64,000 nucleotides of DNA from an uncultured Chloroflexia bacterium (GCA_963713975.1 OY970218.1:3360001-3424000), one strand, 5' to 3'. Shown: positions 48,849-59,089, counted from the stretch's first letter. Numbers and translations: made by a program. The notes: a model not told the origin generated them from the letters alone.

Positions 48849-49982
48849 TCAGGCGGCGGGGAGCTCCACGTCGAAGCGCGCTCCGGCTCCGGGCTGGTTG
48901 GCCACCGTCACGGTGCCGTCCAGGGCCACCACGATCGCGTGCACGATCGCGAGCCCGAGGCCGCTGGTGCCGGTGGACCGGTCCCGGGCAGGGTCGGCCT
49001 GGTAGAAGCGGTCGAAGACGTGGGCGAGGTCGTCGGTGGCGATCCCCGGGCCCGAGTCCAGGACGGTGATCCGGACCCGGCCCGGCGAGGTCGTCGACGC
49101 AGCCGCCCCGATCCGTACCCAGCCGCCGGCGCCCGCGTAGCGGAGCGCATTGTCGGCGAGGGCGTTCAGGACCTGGCGCAGCCGGTCCGAGTCGGCGCGG
49201 ACGGCGAGGGGGCCCGGATCGACCGCCTCCACGCGCGGCCCACCGGGCGATGAACGGGCTGCGGCGGCACGTACGACGGCCTCGAGCAGCGGCTGCAGCA
49301 GGACGGCCTCGATGTGCAGCGGCAGGGACCCCGACTCGGCCAGCGACACGGTCCGCAGGTCGTCGACGATCCGGCCCAGCAGCCGTGCCTGCTCCCGGAT
49401 CGTCTCGAGGTGGCGGTCGTCGTGCTCGTAGACACCATCGATGACGGCAGAGGTCGTGGCATCGATGACGGCGAGCGGCGTCTTGAGCTCGTGTGCCGCG
49501 TCCGCGAAGAACCGGCGGCGGGCAACCTCCGTCGCCTGGAGGCCAGCCGCCATCCCGTCGAACGAGCGCGCCAGGGAACCGATCTCATCGGTCCGGTCGG
49601 CGAGACCCGATCGCACCTCGAGATCACCCCTCGCCACGGCCGCGGCCGCCTCCTCGAGCCGGCCCAGGGGCCGGACCGTGCGCGTCGCCAGGACCAGCCC
49701 GACAAGGAACGCGACCACGGCCGCCGCGATGGCGACCAGGACCAGGGTGAGGATCGTCTCCTGTTGGACCTGCTGCCAGTACAGCGCCCCCTGGCCGGTC
49801 CCCGCTCCCCCGCTGGGCCCGTTGCCCAGCCCGCCCCCAGGCCCTGGGTGAGCGGCGGACGCGTCGCCGAGCGCCGCGGCGAACCCGCGCCCGACGATGG
49901 ACGGGGCCGCGACGACCACGGCCGCGGCCGTCAGGAGGGCCACGAGCGCCATCACGGACGCGAGACGCGCCCGGAGGTTCAC
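48849..49982 (-). CDS. Sensor histidine kinase (HAMP-HisKA-HATPase, BaeS-like)
   Basis: DEIGSLARSF, AAHELKTPL, NALRY, DSGPGI, GLGLAI. Confidence 0.94.
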   Translation of the reverse strand: MNLRARLASVMALVALLTAAAVVVAAPSIVGRGFAAALGDASAAHPGPGGGLGNGPSGGAGTGQGALYWQQVQQETILTLVLVAIAAAVVAFLVGLVLATRTVRPLGRLEEAAAAVARGDLEVRSGLADRTDEIGSLARSFDGMAAGLQATEVARRRFFADAAHELKTPLAVIDATTSAVIDGVYEHDDRHLETIREQARLLGRIVDDLRTVSLAESGSLPLHIEAVLLQPLLEAVVRAAAARSSPGGPRVEAVDPGPLAVRADSDRLRQVLNALADNALRYAGAGGWVRIGAAASTTSPGRVRITVLDSGPGIATDDLAHVFDRFYQADPARDRSTGTSGLGLAIVHAIVVALDGTVTVANQPGAGARFDVELPAA

Positions 49983-50689
49983 GGCCGCGCTCCGCGATAG
50001 CCGACGCCGCGGATCGTCTCGATGTACGGCTCACCACCCGGCCTGCTGCTCAGCTTGTGGCGCAGGTTCTTCACGTGGCTGTCGATCGTCCGGTCGAAGG
50101 CGTCGAAGGCCTCGCCGAACACCATCTCGCCGAGCTGCTCGCGGTTCAGGGCGACGCCCGGGCGCCCGGCGAACGCGAGAAGGAGGTCGAACTCCGCGCG
50201 GGTGAGCGCGAGCAGGGTGGTGCCACGACGGACCTCGCGCCCGGCTGGGTCGATCTCGAGATCGAACCAGGTGGCCGCGCCGTCGGGTCCTGCTCCGCCC
50301 GGGGTCATGGCGGCGACGGGGGCCGCCTGCGTCCGCCGCAGGACGGCGCTGACCCGGGCCACCAGCTCGCGTGGCTCGAATGGCTTCGTGACGTAGTCGT
50401 CGGCGCCGATCTCGAGGCCGGCCACGCGATCGATCACGTCGTCGCGGGCCGTCAGCAGCACGACCGGCACCGTGCTTCCGGAGCGGCGCAGCTCGCGCAG
50501 GACGTCGAAGCCGTTCCGGCCGGGCAGCATCACGTCCAGGACCACGAGGTCCGGCGCGGACCGGAGAGCGAGCTCGAGGGCAATGGTCCCGTCGGTGGCC
50601 GTGAGCACATCATGGCCGTCCCGGGCAAGGTACGCCCTGACGACCTCGAGGATATGCGGTTCGTCGTCCACGACGAGGATGCGCGGCAT
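49979..50689 (-). CDS. OmpR family response regulator
   Basis: VVDDE, LDVMLP, GADDYVTKPF, DSHVKNLRHKL, TIRGVGY. Confidence 0.95.
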   Translation of the reverse strand: MPRILVVDDEPHILEVVRAYLARDGHDVLTATDGTIALELALRSAPDLVVLDVMLPGRNGFDVLRELRRSGSTVPVVLLTARDDVIDRVAGLEIGADDYVTKPFEPRELVARVSAVLRRTQAAPVAAMTPGGAGPDGAATWFDLEIDPAGREVRRGTTLLALTRAEFDLLLAFAGRPGVALNREQLGEMVFGEAFDAFDRTIDSHVKNLRHKLSSRPGGEPYIETIRGVGYRGARP

Positions 50690-50720
50690 GGGGCGAGCAT
50701 CCGGGGACGACACCGGCCCG

Positions 50721-51398
50721 TCAAGCGGAGCGGTGTGTCCCGGCCCGACGCGCGTGCACAACGGCGTCGATGGGGACCGCGGCGCCCGGCCCGCGGCGCA
50801 CCGTGGCCGCTTGGACGACCGTGAACCCCGCCGGCAGGCCTGCCACGACCTCCGCAGGCACGAACAGCACATCAGGGTCCTGCGGCCCGCCGACACCCTC
50901 CGCAAGGTTGAGGAGGTCGTGCCCGACCACGAGGAGGCTCCCACCCGGCGCCACGGCCGCAGCGGCTCGCTCGTACACGCCCCGGCGCTCGTCCCCGGGC
51001 AGGTGGATGAACATCAGCAGCACCAGGTCGAACGCCCGGGCATCGGGCTCCCACGTGAGCAGGTCCACCAGCCGCCAGTCGATTTCCACGCCCATCGCTT
51101 CCGCAGCGGCCGCCGCCCGCTCGAGCGCGACTCCCGAGAAGTCGGCGGCCGTCACCCGCCAGCCGTCCGCCGCCAGCCGGATCGCGTTCCGCCCGTCACC
51201 GGTCCCCAGGTCCAGAGCTCGCCCGGGCGCCAGGTCTCGCGCGACGGCCACGAGGGTCGGATCGGGCTCGTGGGCCTCGATGGGGTCGTGCGCCGAGTGC
51301 CGCGCATCCCAGAGCTCGCGGCGCGACGGACCTGCTGCGCCGCTGCTCGCGTCGGCCTCGGCCTTCGGGCCGGACGCGTTCCGTACAGGCTCCGTCAC
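50721..51398 (-). CDS. Class I SAM-dependent methyltransferase
   Basis: ALDLGTGDGRNA, DFSGVAL, FDLV. Confidence 0.9.
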   Translation of the reverse strand: MTEPVRNASGPKAEADASSGAAGPSRRELWDARHSAHDPIEAHEPDPTLVAVARDLAPGRALDLGTGDGRNAIRLAADGWRVTAADFSGVALERAAAAAEAMGVEIDWRLVDLLTWEPDARAFDLVLLMFIHLPGDERRGVYERAAAAVAPGGSLLVVGHDLLNLAEGVGGPQDPDVLFVPAEVVAGLPAGFTVVQAATVRRGPGAAVPIDAVVHARRAGTHRSA

Positions 51399-51407
51399 AC
51401 CGGCCTC

Positions 51408-52358
51408 CTAGTTGACCAGCGGAGGCGTCCGGCGGTCGTCATCGGGTGATCCGAACCGCTGGCGCAACTCGTTGTCGAGGTGGTCGGCCACGTTCCCCAG
51501 CTGCACGCATGCGAACGCGACCTGCTCGGGCGTGAGGCCGACGCCCGTGATCTCCATAGCCACCGTCAGGCCACGGTGGCCCCAGAAGATGCGTCCGAAG
51601 AGGATCCGGCGGTTGATGTCGTTGAGGGCCTCGAGCATCGGCAGCGTGAGGTCCACGTCGTCGAGCACCGTTGAGAACAGCTGCACCAGCGGCGGCGTCC
51701 CGGCGACGGCGCGCACGTACATCAATGCGCTGCCGATCCGCACCGGGATGTCCCCGTCGGCGTCCCGGATCAGCTCCGTAAGGCCCAGGAATGCCTTGAG
51801 CGCGTCCTCCAGCCGCCGGTTGAGGCCTGCCAGCGCCGGCATCGGGCCCGCCGGCTCCAGGTCACCCCGAGTCCGCGGCAACCGCTCGGCCCGGATCCCG
51901 AGACCGAGCGGCGGCAGACGGCCCTCGAACGCCGGGAACCCTCGATGCAGGAACCGGAGACGCACCGGCGACGGCACTCCGAAGACATCGCGGAGCGTCT
52001 GAACGGTCAGGGCGGCCACGTCGGCCCAGGGAGCCGGGTTGGGCCATTCCCGGTGGAAGTTGCGGTCCCCGCCGGAACCTGACGACTCCGGCCACTGCCA
52101 GCCGAGCTCGCCCAACCGCTCCTCGGCATCGGGTGTGAGCGCATGCGCCGGCACGAGGTGCACGTTGCCGGACGCCTCGGCACGGAACCCCTGGCGACCG
52201 CTGTGCGCGAACTGCACGTACGGCCCGGAGCCCTCCCTGGCACGGGGCGGCAGGATCAGGATCAGGAAGGTCTCCGGCAGCATGCGCTCGAGCGCCGGCG
52301 CCAGCCGCGCCTCGAATGCGTCCCAGCTGAGCTCCTCGCTCGTCTCGGAGTCCACCAT
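51408..52358 (-). CDS. T3SS-chaperone/YbjN-like (TY-Chap) two-domain protein
   Basis: YVQFA..AEASGN..LGW..NF N-terminal domain; DADGDIPVRIGS..LNDIN..FGRIF C-terminal domain. Confidence 0.6.
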   Translation of the reverse strand: MVDSETSEELSWDAFEARLAPALERMLPETFLILILPPRAREGSGPYVQFAHSGRQGFRAEASGNVHLVPAHALTPDAEERLGELGWQWPESSGSGGDRNFHREWPNPAPWADVAALTVQTLRDVFGVPSPVRLRFLHRGFPAFEGRLPPLGLGIRAERLPRTRGDLEPAGPMPALAGLNRRLEDALKAFLGLTELIRDADGDIPVRIGSALMYVRAVAGTPPLVQLFSTVLDDVDLTLPMLEALNDINRRILFGRIFWGHRGLTVAMEITGVGLTPEQVAFACVQLGNVADHLDNELRQRFGSPDDDRRTPPLVN

Positions 52359-52365
52359 TGGCGGC

Positions 52366-52851
52366 CTACTTCCCCGGGTTGCGGCTGGCGGATGGACGCG
52401 GGCGAGCGACCCACTCGAGATACAGCGCATCGAACTCCGCCACGAGGCGGGCGCGCTCCTTCATCACCGCGGCCCATTCGTCCAGCGCGGCCCAGCCGGC
52501 CTCCGTCAGCTCGTAGTCGCGCCGTGCGGGCCCGGAGCCGGTCGCCCATGTGGACCGCACCTGGTCCGCCTTCTCCAGGTCGCGCAATGTGCGGTAGACC
52601 TGACCGACATCCACCGGGCCGTTCGTGATCCCAAGCTGTGCGAGGTCCCCGACGATCCCGTACCCGTGCACGGACCCACTGGTCAGCAGCGCGAGGACGA
52701 ACGGCTCCATCCAGCGATGGTGGGGGCCGACCTGCGCCCAGCCACGATGAACCGGGGCACCGTGGGAGTCCGTGCCGGACGCGATGCCCTGGCCGGAGGT
52801 ACCGGAGGGTTGCTCCTGATCACCGGTGCGTTCCGGACGGCTGTCACTCAT
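52366..52851 (-). CDS. PadR family transcriptional regulator
   Basis: HGYGI, VYRTLRDLE, GPARRDYELTEAG. Confidence 0.9.
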   Translation of the reverse strand: MSDSRPERTGDQEQPSGTSGQGIASGTDSHGAPVHRGWAQVGPHHRWMEPFVLALLTSGSVHGYGIVGDLAQLGITNGPVDVGQVYRTLRDLEKADQVRSTWATGSGPARRDYELTEAGWAALDEWAAVMKERARLVAEFDALYLEWVARPRPSASRNPGK

Positions 52852-52962
52852 GTGCCGGGAGCATACGGGGTCACGGCCCAGATCGGGAACTGGCCGTGCG
52901 GCGGATGGCGAGGGGTGTAAATCACCGACGGCCCGCCCGCCCGCACGCTAGGCTTCACCGCC

Positions 52963-54852
52963 ATGACCGCGCATGACCGCACGCTGGCCGCCATCGTCGA
53001 TGCCTTCGTCCCTGCGGCGGATGGCATCCCGTCTGCGAGCGAGCTGGGTGTCCACCGCCGGCTGCTGGCGGAGGTCGATGCCCTCGGCAAGCCCGCGCTG
53101 CGGCGCCAGCTGGACCTGCTGCTATGGGCGATGAGCTCTCGCATCGGCTCGCTGGCGATCGGTGGTCGACCCGGACGGATCGCGGACATGGACCAGGAGG
53201 GTCGCGAGGCCTTCATGCGGCGGCTGGGCGGCAGCGCCATCCCGCTCAAGCGCACGGCCTTCCAGGACCTCAAGCGCCTGACCCTGCTCCTCGCCTACGG
53301 GATCGAGGACTCGCCGTGGCGGGCTCGGACGGGATTCGTCGCGCCCGTGCCGGATCCGCCGAGCCTCAGCCGGGTGACGGCCCGGACGCCCCGCGCGGGC
53401 GAGGTGCTCGACGCGGACGTGGTCGTCATCGGCTCCGGACCCGGGGGCAGCGTCACCGCTGCGATGCTGGCGGCAGCCGGCAAGCGGGTCCTCGTGCTCG
53501 AGCGGGCCGCCATGGTCACCGAGGCCGGCTTCGGTGGGCCAGAGCTGGATGGCCTGGGCACGCTGTTCCTCGACCGCGGGCTCGCGGCCACCAGCGACCG
53601 CTGGATCTCCATCCGCGCGGGCAGTGCTGTCGGCGGCGGGTCCGTCATCAACTGGGCGTCCTCGCTGCGCGCCCCGGAGGCCGTACGCGACGAATGGCGG
53701 GCCGCGGGCATCGGGGACGACCTGGACGCGCACTACGGCGCGATCGAGGAGGACCTCCACGTCACGGCGGACGAGAGCACCCACAACGGGCCCAACGCCA
53801 TGCTCGCCGCGGGACTCGACGCGCTCGGCCTGTCTCACCAGGTGATCCCGCGCAATGTGCGCGACTGCGGTGACTGCGGTCCGTGCGCCGTGGGCTGCCG
53901 GAGCGGCGCCAAGCAGTCCGTGCTCCGGCGGTCCCTCGCGTCCGCGTGCGCCCTCGGTGCCGAGGTCCTCGATCGCACGGAGGTCCTCACGTTCAGCGTC
54001 GAGCATGGGCGTGCCACCGGCGTCACGGCGCGTGTGCCCGGCGGCGAGATCACCGTGCGAGCGCCGATGGTGGCGCTCGCCGGCGGGTCGATCCTGTCCC
54101 CCGCCGTGCTCCAGCGCTCCGGGATCGCGCCGGGCGTCGCGGGCCGGACCCTGCACCTCCACCCGGTGGTCGCGGTTGCGGGCGTCTACCCGGAGTCGCT
54201 GGCGCCCTGGTCAGGCGTTCCGCAGAGCGTGATGAGCGACGCCTATGCCGATGTCGCCGGGCCCTGGGGATTCCGTCTCGAGGCGGCCCCGACGCACCCC
54301 GGGCTGATCGCCAGCGGGTTCCCGTGGTGGGACAGCGCCGGCCACCGCGAGATCATGACCCAGTGCGACCGGACCGCGGCCTTCCTGGCCATCGTCCGGG
54401 ACCGGGGCACGGGACGCGTCGACGTGGGTCGCGACGGGGCCGTCACGGTTCGCTATGCGCCGGGGGCGCAGGAACGGGAGCTCATGCGCCGTGCATCCCT
54501 TGAGCTGGCGCGACTCCACCGGGCGGCCGGGGCGGAGCGGATCGTGCCGCTCGTGACCCCACCGCTGGAGTGGCGGACCGGGCAGCCGTTCGATCCGTAC
54601 CTCCAACGGCTCGAGGCCCGCCCGATCGAGGCCAACCGCGTCCTGCTGTTCACGGCGCACCAGATGTCCTCGTGCCGGATCGGCCACAGCCCCAGGTCGA
54701 GCGTCGCCGACCCGGATGGCCAGGTGCACGGCATCCGTGGCCTGTACGTCACCGATTCGAGCGCCATGCCCACCGCCAGCGGCGTGAACCCGGTGTTGTC
54801 CCTGATGGCGCTCGCCCACCGGACCGCGACCCGCATGGTTGCGGCCACCTAG
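52963..54852 (+). CDS. GMC family oxidoreductase (long-chain alcohol oxidase-like)
   Basis: VIGSGPGG, VGGGSVIN, CGPCAVGC..AKQS, AHQMSSC, PTASGVNP. Confidence 0.9.
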   Translation: MTAHDRTLAAIVDAFVPAADGIPSASELGVHRRLLAEVDALGKPALRRQLDLLLWAMSSRIGSLAIGGRPGRIADMDQEGREAFMRRLGGSAIPLKRTAFQDLKRLTLLLAYGIEDSPWRARTGFVAPVPDPPSLSRVTARTPRAGEVLDADVVVIGSGPGGSVTAAMLAAAGKRVLVLERAAMVTEAGFGGPELDGLGTLFLDRGLAATSDRWISIRAGSAVGGGSVINWASSLRAPEAVRDEWRAAGIGDDLDAHYGAIEEDLHVTADESTHNGPNAMLAAGLDALGLSHQVIPRNVRDCGDCGPCAVGCRSGAKQSVLRRSLASACALGAEVLDRTEVLTFSVEHGRATGVTARVPGGEITVRAPMVALAGGSILSPAVLQRSGIAPGVAGRTLHLHPVVAVAGVYPESLAPWSGVPQSVMSDAYADVAGPWGFRLEAAPTHPGLIASGFPWWDSAGHREIMTQCDRTAAFLAIVRDRGTGRVDVGRDGAVTVRYAPGAQERELMRRASLELARLHRAAGAERIVPLVTPPLEWRTGQPFDPYLQRLEARPIEANRVLLFTAHQMSSCRIGHSPRSSVADPDGQVHGIRGLYVTDSSAMPTASGVNPVLSLMALAHRTATRMVAAT

Positions 54853-55224
54853 ATGCGGGTCCCGTATGTGAGGATCGTCGCCACGCCGGACGCGGGCAGC
54901 CGGTTCGTCGATGCGTCGGCGGACCTCGCGGACGGCGACTTCGCACCCCCGGCACCGCCGCTCGGCCTCTCCACCGTGGCCGGGGCGCGGGAGGTCCGGT
55001 TCATCGGCGCCCCGGCGGGCTGGGATTCTCCTCCCCACCCGGCGCCGGCTCGCCAGTGGGTGGTGATGGTGGCGGGCACGGTGGAGACCGTGACCTCCGA
55101 TGGGGAGACTCGGCGGTTCGGACCCGGCGCCGCGGTGCTCCTGGAGGATACGGACGGGGCCGGCCACCGGACGCGGGTCGTGAGCGACGAGGCGTGGCTG
55201 GCGATGGTGGTCGTGCTGTCCTGA
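54853..55224 (+). CDS. Cupin-like protein
   Basis: HPAPARQW..G..SDGETRRFGPG..LLEDTDGAGH. Confidence 0.8.
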   Translation: MRVPYVRIVATPDAGSRFVDASADLADGDFAPPAPPLGLSTVAGAREVRFIGAPAGWDSPPHPAPARQWVVMVAGTVETVTSDGETRRFGPGAAVLLEDTDGAGHRTRVVSDEAWLAMVVVLS

Positions 55225-55368
55225 GCGACGATCTCCCGGCCCCTGGAGCATCCCCCGATTTGACGTGGACGGCAACATCGTGGACCCTCCCCCGCAACAC
55301 CGCGCTGGGCGAGCCGGATGGTTGGCCGACCCGCAGGAGGAACCAGCGCGGATCCCAGGGAGGCTTCG

Positions 55369-55836
55369 ATGCCGCGATTCCCGGTGATCCCGGTCTTGCT
55401 CCTGGCGCTCCTGGTGGCCGCGTGCGGCGGTGGAGGTTCGAGCGGCGACGGCGGCGCGGCAGCCAGTGCCCCGGGGGCGGCGACCGTGACCAACGGCGAG
55501 GTGCCGCCGGGCAGCTCGGTCTACTTCGGCAGCGCCTACGATCCGGCATCGTTCGGGCTCGCGGACCGCACCACCAAGATCAAGGTGGGCGACCCCGTCG
55601 TCGCCGTCGGCAGGGCGCTGGCGCCGGTGGACGGCACCACGGTCCAGCTCAAGCTCGAGGCGGGCGGGAAGGTGAAGCCGCTGCGCGCGCCATCGGCGAT
55701 GGACAACCCCGAGAGCGCGACCTTCATGGTGGCCGACCTCACCTCCGACAACCTGGGGCCCGGAACGTGGATCGTCTCGTTCGTGAACGCCAACAACCGG
55801 GTCATCGCGTCCGGCTTCCTCTCGGTCGCACCCTGA
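55369..55836 (+). CDS. Lipoprotein, unknown function
   Basis: Lipobox LVAAC followed by a Gly/Ser linker; GGAGG SD. Confidence 0.8.
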   Translation: MPRFPVIPVLLLALLVAACGGGGSSGDGGAAASAPGAATVTNGEVPPGSSVYFGSAYDPASFGLADRTTKIKVGDPVVAVGRALAPVDGTTVQLKLEAGGKVKPLRAPSAMDNPESATFMVADLTSDNLGPGTWIVSFVNANNRVIASGFLSVAP

Positions 55837-55839
55837 CGG

Positions 55840-55868
55840 TTGACGCGCGGCCCGATCGGCGGCATCGT
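55840..55868 (+). promoter_or_regulatory. Sigma-70-type promoter of the cys leader/cysE-cysK transcript
   Basis: TTGACG (55840-55845)-N17-CATCGT (55863-55868). Confidence 0.6.
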
Positions 55869-55874
55869 TGGGTG

Positions 55875-55919
55875 ATGGCGTCCTTCCGGCTCTCCTGCGC
55901 GTGTCCACGGCGGCGCTAG
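55875..55919 (+). CDS. Putative cysteine-sensing leader peptide MASFRLSCACPRRR
   Basis: ATG 6 nt after the -10 (leaderless), two Cys codons, stop inside a palindrome, C-rich tract before cysE. Confidence 0.6.
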   Translation: MASFRLSCACPRRR

Positions 55920-56088
55920 CGCCGCCTGTTCCCGACGCGCCCGGCGCCGCCCGCGCCCGAGCCCTTCCGGCCATCGTTGGCCGCCCCGCCACTCGCGAGC
56001 AACGCCCGGACCACCGTCCGCCGCCGTCCGCCCTGCCCTTTCCGTGACCCGGATGCCCGGGTCCACCCCTGCATTTCCGGTGCCACCC

Positions 56089-56976
56089 ATGTCGTCACGT
56101 CGCACTTCCAACGTCGATCCAGGGCCCGATGCCCACCCGACCGACCTCGTCACCCTCGCGGCACACATCGCCGAGGACGAGGCCACCATGTTCCGTCGAC
56201 TCCCCGATCGGGACCTCGTCGCGGCCTTCGCCGACGGCGTGATCTCACTGCTCTTCCCCGACGGCCGCGCCGCGCCGCGCACCCCGGCCGGGATACATGC
56301 GGAGCTGGACGCGCGCTGCAGGGCGCTCGCACCCGTCCTCGCACCCCTGAAGGACAAGCTCCCGGCGTCCCCGGAGGAACTTGCCCGCGACTTCCACTCC
56401 GGCCTGCCTGCCATCCATGAGCAGCTGACCCTCGACGCGGAGGCCATCGAGGCCGGCGACCCGGCTGCCCATGGCACCGCCGAGGTGGTCCTGGCCTACC
56501 CGGGCTTCCAGGCGCTCGCCTTCCACCGGATCGCCCACGCCCTCCATCTCCAGGGCATCCCCCTGGTCCCGCGCATGATCTCGGAGTTCGCCCACGGGCG
56601 GACGGGTGCCGACATCCATCCCGCGGCGCGCATCGGCCGCTCCTGCTGCATCGATCACGGCACCGGGCTCGTCATCGGCGAGACGGCGGTGATCGGCGAC
56701 GACGTCAAGCTCTACCAGGGCGTGACGCTCGGGGCACTCTCCGTGTCCAAGTCCGCCTCCGGGACCAAGCGTCATCCCACGATCGAGGATCGTGTCGTCA
56801 TCTACGCCAACGCGACCGTGCTGGGCGGCGACACCGTCGTGGGCTCGGATTCCGTCATCGGCGGCAACGTCTGGCTGACCCACTCCGTGCCGGCCAACTC
56901 CCTCGTCTACCACCAGAGCCAGGTTCGCGTCCGCTCTGTGGCCGAGCTTGCCGACCCGACCGACTTCGTCATCTAG
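56089..56976 (+). CDS. cysE: Serine O-acetyltransferase (start uncertain, 56044-56089)
   Basis: GDPAA, YPG, TGADIHP, IDHGTG.VIGET, LYQGVTLG, KRHPTIED. Confidence 0.93.
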   Translation: MSSRRTSNVDPGPDAHPTDLVTLAAHIAEDEATMFRRLPDRDLVAAFADGVISLLFPDGRAAPRTPAGIHAELDARCRALAPVLAPLKDKLPASPEELARDFHSGLPAIHEQLTLDAEAIEAGDPAAHGTAEVVLAYPGFQALAFHRIAHALHLQGIPLVPRMISEFAHGRTGADIHPAARIGRSCCIDHGTGLVIGETAVIGDDVKLYQGVTLGALSVSKSASGTKRHPTIEDRVVIYANATVLGGDTVVGSDSVIGGNVWLTHSVPANSLVYHQSQVRVRSVAELADPTDFVI

Positions 56977-56988
56977 AAGGGAGACCCC

Positions 56989-57903
56989 GTGATCTTCGAC
57001 AGCGTCCTCGAGACCATCGGCAACACGCCGCACGTCCGCATCAACCGCCTCTACGACCCACGAGTGAGCGTGTGGGCCAAGCTCGAGCGCCAGAACCCCG
57101 GTGGCAGCATCAAGGACCGGATCGCCCTCGCGATGATCGAGGAGGCCGAGGCCAACGGCGCCCTCCGGCCCGGCTCGGTGATCGTCGAGCCGACCTCCGG
57201 CAACACGGGCATCGGCCTTGCGCTCGTCGGTGCGGTCAAGGGCTACCGGGTGATCCTGGTGATGCCCGAGTCGATGTCGGTGGAGCGCCGCAAGGTGATG
57301 CAGCTCTACGGGGCCGAGCTGGACCTCACGCCGCGCGAGCTGGGCATGAAGGGCGCCATTGCCCGCGCCAACGAGATCGCGGGCCAGACGCCCGGTGCGT
57401 GGATCCCGATGCAGTTCGACAACCCCGCCAATCCCGCGGTCCATCGCCGCACCACCGCCGAGGAGATCGCCCGCGACTTCCCCGACGGCCTGGATTACAT
57501 CGTCACCGGGGTTGGCACGGGTGGCCACATCACGGGCGTGGCGGAGGCCCTCAAGCCGCGCTGGCCGGGCCTCAAGGTCCTGGCGGTGGAGCCCGCGCTG
57601 TCACCGGTCCTGTCGGGTGGAACGCACTCGCCCCATCCCATCCAGGGCATCGGTGCCGGGTTTATCCCGGGCGTGATGCGACCGGACCTGCTCGACGGGA
57701 TTCTCCAGGTGGAGGCGGCGGACGCGATGCAGTACGCCCGGCGGGCGGCGAGTGAGGAGGGGCTCCTGGTCGGGGTGTCCTCGGGGGCATCGCTGGCGGC
57801 GGTGGCCCAGCTCCTGCCGCAGGTCGCGGACGGTGCGCGGATCCTGGCGTTCACGTATGACACCGGCGAGCGGTACCTGTCCGTGGAGCAGCTGTTCGGG
57901 TAG
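56989..57903 (+). CDS. cysK: Cysteine synthase A
   Basis: [38 protein letters not shown]. Confidence 0.96.
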   Translation: MIFDSVLETIGNTPHVRINRLYDPRVSVWAKLERQNPGGSIKDRIALAMIEEAEANGALRPGSVIVEPTSGNTGIGLALVGAVKGYRVILVMPESMSVERRKVMQLYGAELDLTPRELGMKGAIARANEIAGQTPGAWIPMQFDNPANPAVHRRTTAEEIARDFPDGLDYIVTGVGTGGHITGVAEALKPRWPGLKVLAVEPALSPVLSGGTHSPHPIQGIGAGFIPGVMRPDLLDGILQVEAADAMQYARRAASEEGLLVGVSSGASLAAVAQLLPQVADGARILAFTYDTGERYLSVEQLFG

Positions 57904-57993
57904 CTCCGCGCGGTTGGCCCTCGGGCCTGGGCGCCGCGGCTGCGCCGTGATCGGTCGACACGGCATGCGCCGGCCGATCACGGAAGCAGCTCC

Positions 57994-58788
57994 CTACTTC
58001 TTGCTGGCCTTGCGGCCCTTCTTGGTCTTCGGGGACGCCGTGGCCGCGATGCCCTCGGCGATCCCGGCTTCCCGGGCCCCCTGCTCGACCATGACCGTCC
58101 CCGCCGTCGCGAGCTGGCGGGTGGCCTCTGCCTCGCCCGCCGCCGCGCTGAGGTCCGCCACACCCGCGGCGGTCCGGCGCAGCCCGTCCGAGACGGCCTC
58201 GTCCCGCGAGTCGCGGAGCGCGTCCGCGGCCTGCAGCTCGCGCACGCCTTCGGCCAGCTCATCGAGGCCGAGCGCGGCCAGCCGGTCGCTCATGGCCTCC
58301 ATGCCGTTGGCCAGGGCCGCTGCCCCCATGGCCCGCCCGATCTCGTTGACGGCAAGACCGTGGAGCTGGCGGCCTTTGCCATCGAGGAAGGCGGAGAAGA
58401 CGGGCATGCCCATCAGGTCGGCAACCTCGCTGGCAACCCCGAGCTGCCCGGAGATCGAGGCCATCACCATGCCCCGGTCCAGGTTGTCGGCGCCCACCGC
58501 GGCGAACAGCTCTCCGAGGGCGGCGACGTCGCCCGAAACGTCCAGCGTCTCAGCCCCGCGCACGGCATCCCGGGCCCCCAGCTCGGCGGCAACCTCGCTC
58601 AGGCCCTCCATGGTCTCGGCAGCGCCCAGCTCGTCCGCCCCCTGGGCAAGGTCGACGGCACCTGCCGCAACGTCCGCAACTGCAGCGGCCGCGGCATCGG
58701 CCGCGGCGTCGAGCAGCTCTGTGCCGGCGTCGAGGTCCTCGGACGCGACCTCCTTGATCGCCTCCGGCGTGGGCTTGTTGGTTGCCAT
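57994..58788 (-). CDS. Ala-rich helical hypothetical protein with Lys-rich tail
   Basis: GGAGG SD; internally repetitive A/D/E/G-rich sequence; ends KTKKGRKASKK. Confidence 0.7.
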   Translation of the reverse strand: MATNKPTPEAIKEVASEDLDAGTELLDAAADAAAAAVADVAAGAVDLAQGADELGAAETMEGLSEVAAELGARDAVRGAETLDVSGDVAALGELFAAVGADNLDRGMVMASISGQLGVASEVADLMGMPVFSAFLDGKGRQLHGLAVNEIGRAMGAAALANGMEAMSDRLAALGLDELAEGVRELQAADALRDSRDEAVSDGLRRTAAGVADLSAAAGEAEATRQLATAGTVMVEQGAREAGIAEGIAATASPKTKKGRKASKK

Positions 58789-59089
58789 GCTCTGTCCTCC
58801 CTGGCTGCGGAACACATCTGGTCCGGGCGAACGGGCAGCTCCGTCCCCGGGACGCGATTCACCGCTGCGTCCCATCACACCAGCGTGTGCCTCCGGGTCA
58901 ATCACCCGGTCCGCATGATCCTGACGCAATGTCGACCATGATCCCACCGGGACCATCGGCGCGCAGCCCGATACGACGGTCCGGTGGCGCGCACGCGCAC
59001 CACCACGGACGATAGCGGGCATCAGGTATCTGCGCGCCTCTCTATGGGTCCCCGAGGAGGCCGCACCCGATCGCGAGGGAGTTCACCGC

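Noticed and set aside
55299-55352. CCGCGCTGG/CCAGCGCGG stem in the lipoprotein 5' region
   Set aside because: A single GC-rich stem that does not cover the SD and shows no recognisable riboswitch motif.
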